Shown: in pieces, positions 36,695-48,543 of the stretch
How positions within the stretch are numbered: the stretch's first letter is position 1
How the letters are laid out: each line of letters opens with the position of its first letter
Assembly: GCF_006345805.1 (NCBI RefSeq)
Contig: NC_043000.1
Location: 124,248,001-124,312,000 of the forward strand
Reading direction: 5' to 3'
Length of the DNA: 64,000 nt
From: Octopus sinensis
Taxonomy: Eukaryota
The notes under the pieces: generated by a model
What the model saw: only the letters and a program-made list of their open reading frames with translations
The model's database searches: none
Told to the model about the DNA's origin: nothing
Position numbers and translations under genes: made by a program

Positions 36695-39600
36695 TAGGTG
36701 GAGAGGAACTTCTGCCAGGTTCCTCACAGGTAAGACACATAAGTATAAAATCTTCTGGGAAGGTAACAGTGACAGGATAGGTGGTGTGGGCATACTTCTT
36801 GCAGAGAAATGGGTGGATAAGGTCATAGAGGTAAGTCGGAGTGTGCGATAGAGTACTAAAGCTCAGGCTAGTCTTGTAGAATAGTATAGTGACAATTATC
36901 TCTGCCTATACCACCCAAGTGGGCCTACCAAATGAACAAAAGTATCACTTTTATGATATTCTTCTGCAGGCTAACTCAAAAATGAGTGACAATGATCTCA
37001 TCTTTGTGACTGGGGATTTCAATGGGTATGTCAAACAGCAGCCCGGTATTTTCCATGGTGTACATAGGGGCCATGGTATTGGTTCTCAAAACGAAGAGGA
37101 AACAAAGCTACTGGAGTTCTCTGATGTGAATAACCTATTGATCTGCAACACCAACTTCAGGAAGCTAGCCACCTGATAACCTACTGATCAGGTGACTATG
37201 CTAGCCAGATCAATTACATTCTCACTAGACAGTAGGATGCATGGTTGCTCCTAAATACAAAGACCCACCCTGGTGAAGAATGTACCCTCCCAGCATAGAC
37301 TAGTCATTAGTGACTTTAGACTCCAGGCCAGAAGGATGCCAAGAAGCAGACCAATCTGGAAAAGGATTTGGAAGCTTAAGGACCCTTCATATGGTTAGAG
37401 ATTTAGGGACATCCTAATTGAGAAATTTGATGAGAGAGAGGAGGAACTACAGACTTGTGACAGAGGGCAACTGGGAACTCCTGTGGGACAGCTTACTGAG
37501 AGCTACAGACCAAATCTGCAGCTGGTGCAAAGTCCCATCCAGACCTAAGGTGATGTAGTAGTAGAACAATGCAATAGACAGGACCATTAAAACAAAGAAG
37601 CAGGCGTGGAAGAGTGGGGGTAGAAAAGAACTGTATCAGATAGCCAGAAGGGAAGTTAGGAGACAGGTATATCTAGTCAAAGGAAAAGCAGAAAAGAAGT
37701 TTGTCTATGTTCAGTGATGTGAGGACCAAAGATTTGAAGTGTTTCGGATTGCAAGACAGTATGTGAGAGAGAATTGTGATGTCATAGTAGAGAAATGTGT
37801 CTGCATGGACTTGCATTTAATGATTCTGCAAAAAAAGAGGCTTGGAAATGCCATTATGAAAGACTGCTGAACGTGGAGGATGAATGGGAGGAGGAGAGTC
37901 TGCCAAATGCTGACCCAATTGAGGGACCAGCTACCCAAATCAACTTTGGTAGATAAAGCAATTAGGTATATGAAGATAGAGAAAACCCCTGGCCCATCAC
38001 TGAAATGCTTAAAATATCTGGTGGTGTAGGTTATGGTCTAGTCACCTGTATTGTAAATCAGGTGGTTCATGAAGGAGTCATGCCCAATGACTCATGTTGC
38101 AGCACCAAGGTCAACTGCTACAAAGGTAAAGGTGACGCCTTAGATAGAAATAATTACAGAGGTATCAAATTGTTGGATTAAGTGATGAAAGTTAGGGAGA
38201 GGGTCATAGCCCAGCTAATTAGGGAGCGAGTTAATCTAGATGAGATGCAGTTTGGTTTTGTGCCAGGGAGAAGCACCATTGATGCTACATTTGTGGTAAG
38301 GTAGCAGCAGGAGAAATAGATAGTGAAAGATTAACCACTGTACTTGGCTTTTGTTGACTGGGAGAAAGCCTTTGACAGGGTCCCCCAGTCCCTTATCTGG
38401 TGGTCAATGCAGAAACTAGGGATGGATGAGTGGTTGGTGAGGTGTACAAGCCATGTACAGGGACTCTGTCAGTAAAGTGAGGGTTGGCAACAAGTACAGC
38501 AAAGAATTCAGGGTATGAGTAGGGTTCACCAAGGATTGGTCCTCAGTCCCCTCTTCTTCATGATGGTTGTTGGGAGAATGCAATGAACTGTGTGTATGCA
38601 TGTTTATGTTGTTTGAAGATCAAGGGAACCTGTGCATACATAGACAATATTACCATCTCTGGTACTAATCACACAGAACATGACAAGAATCTATCAGTTT
38701 AGAACATAAGCATGCATACACACAGTTCATTGCATTCTCACAATAATAGTCCCCCAGGAAATAACAGTGGAATTTAAGACAAGCTGCTCTTGAGGGTTCT
38801 TCTGTATTGATGACCTTGTTCTTATAGCTGAACCACTACCAGAACTAGAGAAGAAGTTTCAGGTATGGAAGCAAGGTCTAAAATTGAAGGGCCTTAGAGT
38901 TAACCTAGCAAAAACCAAAGTCTTAGTAAGTAGGAAGGCAGACAAATCACAAATTCCTTCAGGTAGATGGCCCTACTCAATCTGTAGAAAAGGCATAGGT
39001 AGAAACTCCATAAGATGTACCCGGTGTAAACTATGGACACATAAGAGGTGCAGCAATATCAGAGGAAAATAGCGTTTGTATGTGGAAGATGCACAGATAC
39101 AATAAACACCAAAAATGTACAGAAAATAGACTACATCAACTGCCAGGTGGGTAAGCTAGAGGTAGTAGACAGTTTCTGTTATCTAGGTGACCAAGTTAAT
39201 AGTGGAGGTGGATGCTCCAAGAGCATAGCTGTGAGTATAAGAATAGACCTTTAGCGATATGCTGTACATGAGAAGACATGTCAAGCCAAGTAAAATTGTA
39301 GTCATGGCTGATGCTGGTGTCACGTAAAAAGCACCTTTCAAGCTTTGGGCCTCACGGAGGCAAAGTGGCTGATGCCAGTGGCCATTGAAAAGCTCCTTTC
39401 GAGTGTTGGGCTTCACACAAGCAATGACGAATGACCAAGACCTTTGGCATTATGTTGTGCTTGAGAAGAAGACCCATCAAGCCAAGTAAAATCGTAGTTG
39501 GAGCTGATAGTGGTGCCACACAAATCGCACCCATGCTTGTGGCACATAAAGCACTCACTACAGTCTCAGAGTGGTTGGCATTAGGAAGGACATTCAGCTG

Positions 39601-39700
39601 TAGAAACCATGTGAAATCAGACTGGAGTCTGGTGCAGCCTTCCAGCTTGCCAGCCCAGGTCAAACCGTCCAACACATGTTAGCATGGACAGAGATTATGA
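36695..39700 (+). mobile_element. RTE-clade LINE, 5'-truncated and degenerate: APE endonuclease, RT, Cys/His finger, internally deleted C-terminus, 3' UTR
   Basis: Motifs across frameshifts and stops: WRGTSARFL..GVGILLAEKW, IISAY, GDFNG, YRGIKLL, FGFVPGRSTIDA, AFVDWEKAFDRVP, LSPLFF, DDLVLIAE, GLRVNLAKTK, VDSFCYLGD, RYAV.EKT.QAK*. Confidence 0.92.
38572..38742 (+). mobile_element. Insert within the LINE: ~40-bp inverted repeats flanking a Gypsy/Ty3-type RT fragment (LKIKGTCAYIDNITISGTNHTEHDKNL)
   Basis: Arm gagaatgcaatgaactgtgtgtatgcatgtttatgtt recurs reverse-complemented at 38703-38739 with 1 mismatch. The spacer translates to a Y-x-D-x...EHD.NL Gypsy-like motif. Confidence 0.7.
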
Positions 39701-40193
39701 TCTCACACACACAATGAACTTCCACATAGTTTCTGCTAACCAATTTCACTCACAAGGCATAGGGTGGTATGTGCCTATAGCAGAAAACACTGGCCCAAGC
39801 TGCAGCACAGTAGGACTGCATCTGAAACCACATGGTTGCAAAGTGAGCTGCTTAATCAAAAGCAATTAATGTTAATAAAATAGAAAAGGAATACATAATA
39901 TGAAAATCTTCATATGAACAAAGACTGTTAAAGTGAGTGATGTTTCTGGTTGGTTTATAATGTATAGGAATAAATAAGAAATGGAGACGGGGATATAAAC
40001 TATTTTTTGTTTTAAATCCCAAATAATATAGCCAGTGAAAAGTGATGGGCTGCAAATGCATTCTTTTTAATGAACTGTTGAATATTTTGAAAATTAATTA
40101 TTTCCTTGAGTGATTAGTTATATAAAAAAAGATTTGTTTCATAAAAAGATCATTACAAATAAAAATCTATGAGAAGTCTCAATGTCACTTTAA

Positions 40194-40879
40194 CCCTTTA
40201 ACATTCAAATTACTGTCGAATATAATGCATATTTATTAACATTGTTTTGAATTAATCATGCATTACTTTGCAGCTTTCAGATTTCAATGATGTAATTTAT
40301 TTTTCTAAGATTACAATTTATTTTGCAAGGATTCCAACGTCAAGGCTGTTCTTCTTTACAGGTCAGAAACTTGAAACATCATCAAAGCCATAAAGAGTAA
40401 GCTACAGACCCTCGTCAACAAAATGTCTGCACTACATCCTCAAGATCTGGTGACAGGATAAAATTTCAAACAGAAGTCTGTGGGATAGAATAAACCAAAC
40501 TCCCATCAATCAAGAAATTCTGAAAAGGAAATGGGGCTAGATTGGCCACACTCCAAGGAGACCTGGAAGCAACATTGCAAGACATCCTGAAGGAAAGAGC
40601 ATGGTTGGACAACCTAAGAAGACCTAGAAAGGATACATGGAGGATGAAACAAAAGCAATTGGTCACTCTTGGTCTCAAATCAAGGAGGTAGTCCAAGATT
40701 GCATCCATTGGCAATGAAATGGTCATGACCCCATGCTCCTTACAGGGTAATTGTGGACAAACTAACTAAACTAACGAGGATGACACTGTAAGGTAAGTGT
40801 GAGAGGCCAGATCTGACCAGTTTGAACATAAAACATATAACAATTTGGGCTCCATGTAGCTGGTTTAAATGCTACAGGG
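40194..40879. mobile_element. piggyBac-type MITE family 2 split by an RTE fragment
   Basis: TTAA|CCCTTTAACATT ... AATGCTACAGGG|TTAA; the two halves match the 215-bp copy. Confidence 0.75.
40325..40775 (+). mobile_element. Second RTE-family LINE 3' fragment with (ACTAA)n-like tail
   Basis: SNVKAVLLYRSET*, KLQTLVNKCL, ILKRKWGWIGHT motifs. Confidence 0.8.
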
Positions 40880-41899
40880 TTAAAATAATTAAGTAAATGG
40901 TCAAATTTGGTGGTGATTTTGACAACTGATAACTTTAACAGACAAACCAAAGTATTTTGTGAGTAAGTAAGAGACAAAAAGCATTATGAGAGATGTAAGA
41001 AGATAGACTGACATAAAATAATGCAAGAGAGATATATCATTTGAAATGACAAAGAGGTACAAAGTCGAACAGGTTTTGTTGTAAAAGATCTTTATAAATG
41101 CACTAAGAGGACTTAATCATTCAGCCAGAGAGAACATGCTAAATAATCCAACTGTGATTTGAATGTTGGGAAGTAACCACACAATAAACAATGCTGGGAC
41201 AAAAAGGAATTGAGTCACAAACACCAAAGGAAGTAACACATTATCAGAGTATGATGAGCTCAGAAAAAGCAGGCTAAACAATAGGTATACGATCAAAATT
41301 GCATGGAGAAGTGAATGTTAAAACAATGATGATGCTTACAAAATTGTCTCACAGAACATAAAAGAAAATAAATCAATCCTCTGCATCAGTGTTTCTCAAC
41401 TGATTTTTACCTATGGACTCCTTTTGACTCCTGTTTAACCAGATAGACTCTCCTAGCCAATAAGTGTTTAAGAAATCGTATCATATTTTTATAGTTAAAT
41501 ATTATTAGGAATTGCATTCTTTTATTCTTTTACTTGTTTCAGGCATTAGAACAGTGGCCATGCTGAAGCATTGCCAGTACTTATTCTATCAGTCTCATTG
41601 CCGAACCACTAAGTTACACAGACATAAATAAACACTATTTGTTAAACAATGAGGGGGGAGGGGATAAACACAGACACATGCATATATACATACAACATGT
41701 TTCTTTCAGTTTCTGTTTACCAAATCTACCCACAAGACTTTGGTTGGCCCAAGGCTATAGTAGAAGATACTTGCCCAAGGTGCCACGCAGTGGGACTGAA
41801 CCCGGAACCATGTGGTTGGGAAGCAAGCTTCTTAAATTCTTATATGGACCCTGGTCGAGAATCATTGCTTTAGACTATTTTACTTCCTCTACACCAACA

Positions 41900-43960
41900 T
41901 CTACAAATTTCTATCCAACTATGATCCTACCCACCACTTCCTGTTATGTAAACCACAAATATTTCTTTCAGAAGACACATATCTTTCATCTTTTATTCTT
42001 AATCCATCTCTGCTGTACAGGATTCAAACTATATTCCAACTTCATCTGTGCTAATGTTGAATCCATTCTCTCTATCATTTGTTCCTCTTATATGGACATT
42101 AGCAACCAAGACTTCTAAATATTTTGGTTTAAAATCCCTCCTTTAAAGTCATCTGCTGCCTCTACTTCTCACTAAACCATGAACCATTTTTGAACTCTTG
42201 CATTCTGCATTCATGATAACTCTTTCATCACATTTCTCTCTCTCTCAAGTTCTCTCTTGAAAGAAAAAAAGTGAACCATATTTCATAGCATACTGGTGAT
42301 GTGGTCTCTTGCATATGGTTTAACTGGACATGTAAATTCTCAACTAATCATTGATTAGTGAGCCACTATATTAACAAGTATACCTAATGACTGACAACCC
42401 TGATTAGATACCTACGTTACTGTACACAGGTCAGAGCTCATTCTAACACACTGGCATTAACAGAACAGACCATTCTCCACATGTTACTACATGGAGAAAG
42501 AGAAATTCACATCAAGGAGTGTTAATAGCTAGAGTTACTATACCACACTTATAAATAATTATATAGACACACTGCTGTATAAACACATATGCAGATCTAA
42601 CATGGAAATCTATATTTTCTACAGAGTTGTCAGCCATGGTAACTCTAACATACACTTATTTTGGTGCAAGGGGCCTTTGCTATAATTTACTGTCTGCATC
42701 AGTTAGTATCCTTACCTACATATATCCCTAACCAACACATTTGATACATGAATAGTCCTAAACTCTTTTCTCACCTCCATACTTAGCTTTTATTTAGCCA
42801 TTACTGTTTCTGCTTCCACCAGATCATCTTAGCACATCTTAATCCCTGAACTCTGATATTTCAAGTCAGCTAACTGGTCCTAATTCCATCAGTTCTACAT
42901 TAATGTGCTGTATAACTAAAGTCATAAAATTAAGGTTACTGACATCTTCATCTTATGTATGTCTCTTCATGTCCCTCATGCAACCAAAGCCCCAAATGGT
43001 TCACCCATAGCTATACTACAGAAGATTATTTGAAGACTATTTCCACCAACCCATCATAAACTATGAATTGTTTAACTATCACAGCAAGGCCTGGACAGTC
43101 ATCAGCAAAGAAAACAGAAGCCTTTGAACATTCCACTCCTTGCAAGTTCTCTTACTTTTCAAATTGTGGCAGAGCATTTTGGTCCTTGCTATGAGATCTG
43201 TACTTAGCTCACAGAAACCTCTTACCTGCCATTCTTCAACTAATATAGCTCTATATGCAGCATTTCTGCTCATAAAGTCACATTTTCCACATGTTTTGCT
43301 TTTAACTCTGTACTGTACACACAAATATAACAAAACTCCTGATAAAATCACTTAACCCAATCCATCTGTTTGCTCTCCACATACAATCACCAAATGCAAA
43401 AACTTGATCACACCAACCCAGTGAAATGACAAGTCTTAATAGTGCCCCCTCCATTATTCTTAGCAGGATGCTCTGCAATTTATTCCTATCCTCATTCAAA
43501 TTCTTCAATCATTGTCTCTCTGCATTTTATGAGAAAATGGGACAGCGTGCTACAGTTCCAAGATGAGTACTCTCACTAATCTTACAGCTCTATTCTCCTC
43601 CTCACTTCAAACATTTCAAAATTGATGGATATGGTTATAAACAAGCATTATCTGCATCCCCTGAGCTACTCTGACTTCTCAATGACCACCAATATAATTT
43701 TTGTGGAACCAAATCTAAAGGTTTGTTCTCCTATGTAACACACCAGTGGTCTCTTGTTGAGAACTCCAACAGAAATAATGTTCTAGTGGTTGACATTAGC
43801 AAAACAAATGAACAGGAGAACTTCCAAAGTAGTTCACTTATGGATTCTATGTCCAGTCTTTTGAATCAGAAGTTTCCAATCAGACTGCTCCATTACAATA
43901 TATACACTGAGGAAACTTTCACCAAACCACATTCTGACCAGTCTGTTAAACTCTAAGGTA
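41900..43960 (+). mobile_element. Old CR1/L2-group LINE fragment (endonuclease end and RT N-terminal half)
   Basis: SYSSILLLTSNISKLMD, LLNDHQYNF..TKSKGLFSYVTHQW and VLVVDISK match the NYRPISL, DHQYGFR..RST and LDISKAFD motifs. 5' boundary vague. Confidence 0.6.
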
Positions 43961-44062
43961 CACATTTATCCCTTATACCTCAGGATTTCAATCATCCACC
44001 CATTATTAACTTTCAACTACACACAAACCCCTAAACAGAATTTTCCATTCTTAGTTTCTATA

Positions 44063-44783
44063 CGAGATCAGACAACTAAACTGAAATTGTTTTAATGAGA
44101 TCAGGCATCTAAATTGAGATTGCTCTTTAAACTATTTTAAGTACATGGGAAGGAAAGCAACAATTTTTGTTGACAAAAAAAAACCCAAATAAACTTGCAG
44201 TCAACTGAGTCATCGGTTACTACAAACCAGCCTCAGTGATGATGTTTGGAGCCAGACAAGCGACAGACAGGTGAAAGCACCTAATTTCATTGAAGCTGGT
44301 CTTAACATCAACCTCCTATATCAAGTCCTGATTGTCATGGATTACTAAACATTATGATCTGATGGACATGTTAGTCTAAAACTGCACCTGCACATGACTT
44401 CAAAGGTGAAACTTCCACTGTTTGTCTCCAAAGAAATCTGGCCTTCTGGTTCATCAGACTTGAATCCATGTGACATTTGGATGTAGGGTATCACTGATAA
44501 TAAGTCCAATGCAACACCTCACAAACAGCATCACTACACGGAACCCTGCCATTAGAAATGAATTCATGGCTATAACTGTGGATGATGCAAGGCAGATGTA
44601 TTCAGCCTTCAGCAACCTTATTCAGTCAGTTATAACTGTTGATGGTAGACGTTTTGAATAATACCTTTCCTTATCTTATGACAAATAAAAATACAAAATT
44701 TCATGCTTCCTCTTCATCTCTTCAGTTACAGGTTGTGAAAAATCTCAACACAAACAGCCTCTCAAGTTAGCTGTCTGGCACTG
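44063..44783 (+). mobile_element. Internally deleted Tc1/mariner-superfamily (maT/DD37D-like) DNA transposon, 721 bp
   Basis: TA on both sides. Imperfect TIRs (cgagatCAGACAaCTAAacTGAaA vs cagtgcCAGACAgCTAActTGAgA). Transposase remnants KPASVMMFG, IEAGLNIN, WPSGSSDLNPCD and C-terminus ..VITVDGRRFE*. Confidence 0.8.
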
Positions 44784-45107
44784 TATAGCCTTTGCGTCAG
44801 ATTTTGGTTACACACCTACGTAAGGATTACCAAGTGATAATGGCCTGCACAAACTTGTCCTTAAAATAATGAAGGCTACCGTGATTCTGTGGAAAGTGCT
44901 CATGTGCACACAACCAAACAGTAAAGAATGTACATATTGCAGGAGGGAATCTGGCACTCTCATAAGTTCTTGAAATAATAATGAATGGATGCAAATCTAA
45001 AACCAATGACTTGGATGTCTTTCTACAACAGAGACCACGGATTTATGATGCACTATGGATGCACTATGGGAATCTAGAGTAGTCATTGCATAATCCATTA
45101 ATAGTCT

Positions 45108-45300
45108 TTTCTACTCTAGGCACAAGGCCTGAAATTTTGGGGGAGGGAGCCAGTCGGTTACATTGACCCCAGTATACAACTGGTACTTAATTTATCGACC
45201 CTGAAAGGATGAGAGGCAAAGTCGACCTTGGCAGAATTTGAACTCAAAACATAAAGACAACAGAAATACTGCTAAACATTTCACCCGGCATGCTAACGTT
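45108..45300 (-). mobile_element. SINE family A-related copy; others near 13470-13630(-), 14600-14800(-), 20825-20900(-), 34290-34445(+), 35245-35450(+), 36180-36265(-)
   Basis: Shared gtcgaccttggcagaatttgaactc core. Confidence 0.75.
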
Positions 45301-45892
45301 TATAACCTGTTAATATTCTAACAGAAATCTACCTTGAATACTTTTGGTAGAAACAAAAAGCTCTCACACAGGAGTAGATGCTGAACAGTAAGACCACACC
45401 AAGAACTATCTTCAATGCCAGGCAATAAAAAGAAAGTTAATAGCGTTTCCAGTTCACTCCTTTTAATGATCAAAATTGCCACAGTAACACATACACATTC
45501 CCTCCCAAACATTTAAAAATATTATGTTTCTTATAGGATAATTTTATTTATGCCAGTTATTCTTGAAGATAAGACTTTCTCAGCGATTGTTGACCAAAAA
45601 TATCTTTTTTTATTAACATCAACATTGCTCAGTCCACACCTATTACTCAACATCCTTGTTCTAATGGTTTGGTTCTGATGTTTGTACAAACATGCACACA
45701 CATCACCAAAATTTTGTATGTAAATAAAAGTGTGTTGCAAAACAAGCTACAACCTTTATCATAGAGAACTACACCCCATCTGACAAATAATGAGATCCTG
45801 GTAAATAGTGACAAGGCATAGTTCAAGAAGTTATATCAGCTTATGAATATGATGAGGAAGATAGTATTAAATATTTTACAATAAGCACTCTA

Positions 45893-46175
45893 TCATCATC
45901 ATCGTTTAACGTCCATTTTCCATGCTAGCATGGGTTGGATGGTTTGACTGGGGTCTGGGAAGCCAGTGGCTGCACCAGGCTCCAGTCTGATCTGGCAGTG
46001 TTTCCACAGCTGGATGCCCTTCCTAACGCCAACCACTCCATGAGTGTAGTGGGTGCTTTTTACATGCCACCGGCACAGGGGCCAGATGAGGCTGGCAAAT
46101 GGCCATGATCGGTTGGTGCTCTTACGTGTTACTGACACGGACGCCGGTCAGGCGATGCCGGCAACTGCCACGTTC
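45893..46175 (-). mobile_element. Family D copy (young); others near 5595-5775(-), 12620-13150(-), 13830-14075(-), 15420-15640(+), 17740-18020(+), 19435-19660(-), 19800-20232(+), 21872-22150(-), 22180-22350(+), 29575-30000(+), 30520-30708(+), 46575-47390(+), 47395-47850(+), 60540-60720(+), 61260-61640(-), 62615-62820(+)
   Basis: catcatcatcgtttaacgtccattttccatgctagcatgggttgga...gctggatgcccttcctaacgccaaccactc consensus. Confidence 0.85.
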
Positions 46176-47900
46176 AAAAAATATAACATGGAAATCCCAA
46201 AACTCTGGCATCAATTTCTGGTACCACCAAGTCTGGTTCCTCAATTTTTAATTTGGTTAATCATTTCTTTATACTGATTGAAAGTACACAACATGTATGG
46301 CTAATGTGAATCATTAGGTTGCTTTTTAGCACCCAAACTTAAAGTTTGGATTTAAAGGATACAGCTAGGCCATCGTAACAATTTTTACATTATTAGAGAA
46401 CTTTCTAACAATTAGGCATAAGACAAAACTTATACAACAAAAAAAGTGGCTGTTTTTGATACCACAAAGCTATAAAATAAAATAAACTAGAAAAATACTA
46501 TAAAAGAAAATCAGAAACATCTTGTTCATTAGTTCATGTAACATGAAAGATTACATGAAAAGAAATATATATCATTGCGGCTATCCAGTAGCTCCCCATC
46601 CCTGACTCTATATACACCCAGGTTTTTGCCACTCACTCCTGTCCCTTCTGCACTCTTTAATCACATTTCCTTCACAATATCCTGTCACATATTATGGCGT
46701 TTCGAACCTCAAGGTATGCCTGACATTTATCACCATCTATATCTCTCTTTTCCTTTACTCAACCATCCTGTTTATATTCTGATTCTCGTCCCTTGTGAGT
46801 ATGCTACCATCTGTATCCTGCTGTCTCCCACTCTCTCTCTCTCTCTCTCTCTTTCTCCTGCACTTCCCTCAGGTTAGGTTACCATGAATTTCCTTTGTGG
46901 TAGCACACCTATTTCTGTTTTTATTCCTGATCTCTCTCACTTTCTCTGGCCAGGTCATCTTGTACTTCCTCTACACCAGGACACATGTTTGTCTCTCTGT
47001 CTCACTATAACCTTTCATCATCCAACACAAGACCACCTCCTCCTTTTTGAAAGTTTTTTTTCCTTTTTTTTGTCTTGCGAGTACTTGGTGACTCTGTCAG
47101 TGCAGATGCTACTTAAAAGCACCCAGTCCACACTGTAAACTGGTTGGTATTTGAAAGGGCATCCAGCTGTAAAAATCTTACTGAAACTGACCTTGCTTGT
47201 GCTTGTGCCACGTAAAAAGCACTAAGTCCACTGTGCTGAGTGGTTGCTGTTAGGAGGGGCACCAGCTGTAAAAATCCTGCCAAAACAGTCACAGAATATT
47301 GGTGCATGTTGCTGCCTGGCTGGCTCTTGTGAAACCATCCCACCCATGTTAGTGTGGAAGGCGGACGTTAAACAATGATGATGATGAGGATATATACATC
47401 TATTTTCTTCACGTCTTGCTACATTGAACTGATATCCTCTGCATCAAACCCATTGCCTATTTCTAATCTTCAGTCATGCTATTCTTACTCAATGCACTTC
47501 CTATTCTGTCTTATGTTGTATCTAGACCTCACAACTCTTTCTTCTTCTCTCTCACTTTCCAGTTGGGCAAGCTATTCACCCCTTCAGCAAGACACCTGCC
47601 CTTCTTCCTCTCATAGTTTCTTTCTCCAGTCTATACCCAGCTCAGTTGAGGGAATTTATCTTGCAGATACTTGGCAACCTCACTGGTGCTGGTGCCACAT
47701 AAAAAGCACCCAGTACACTCTTAAGAAGGGCATCCAGCTGTAGAAACCATGCCAAAGCAGACATAGAACCTGACAGAAACCTCTGGCTTGTCTGTTCTTG
47801 TTAAACCATCCATGGAGAAAGGGACATTAAATGATGATGATGATGATGAAAGAGAAAGAGAGAGAGAAGTATACATGCAGATATACTCACAACCACGCCC

Positions 47901-47933
<33 letters not shown>

Positions 47934-48285
47934 CACACACACTGGAGCAGTTACTCCAAATAAGAACTGGCCCGCCTTTTGATGACTCATCTAACTCATA
48001 TTAACAAGGAAGAACAGATGGGATGATGATACTGTAATGCTTGTTTTACAATAATTTGAATATCTACTCCCTGGCAATAAGCAGGTTATTTAAGTTGAAA
48101 ATATCAACAATGAAGAAATTGTCACAAATGAATTTTTTTTTGTGTGTGTGTGTATTACATGAGTAATCTAAAAACGTGTTCTCATTTTGAAAATCTCTAC
48201 CTGATTAATAAAGAGTCCAATAAAAACTCACTGAACTCGTTGATAGAGCACAGGCATATTTACTATAAAATATCAAATAACTGAC

Positions 48286-48543
48286 CTTGATGAGGAGATT
48301 GTGTACCTTCTCCACTGGCAAAACCAACGTGTTCTTTTTGCCTTTCTCGAGGGCACCTTGTGCCTCTCGTATCGTCCATACATTAATTGATGTGGGGATG
48401 ATTTTTTGTACACGTTCCTCCACATCTTGGATGGTATGTAATGGCACTGCACACAATGTGAAAAGGAGCTGGAGACAAAGCTTTTCGATGTACTCCAATG
48501 CTTCATCTCGTGTTGTTAGATTGGTAATTACTTGGCGTTGAAC
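48286..48543 (-). CDS. SOS: SOS coding exon (histone-fold, N-terminal part), 258 nt, phase 0-0: VQRQVITNLTTRDEALEYIEKLCLQLL...LPVEKVHNLLIK
   Basis: ttttacAG acceptor and GTcag donor. Translation aligns by eye with human SOS1 VQGQVHP...DVEERVQK...LPVEKIHPLLK. Confidence 0.95.

Noticed and set aside
46575-46780. Penelope GIY-YIG C-terminus-like text (WRFEPQGM; also LAPQHLFSF near 14985) and an opposite-strand TTCGAAACG
   Set aside because: Only a few residues match, no CUGANGA-like core can be placed, and the region is better explained as the upstream module of family D.
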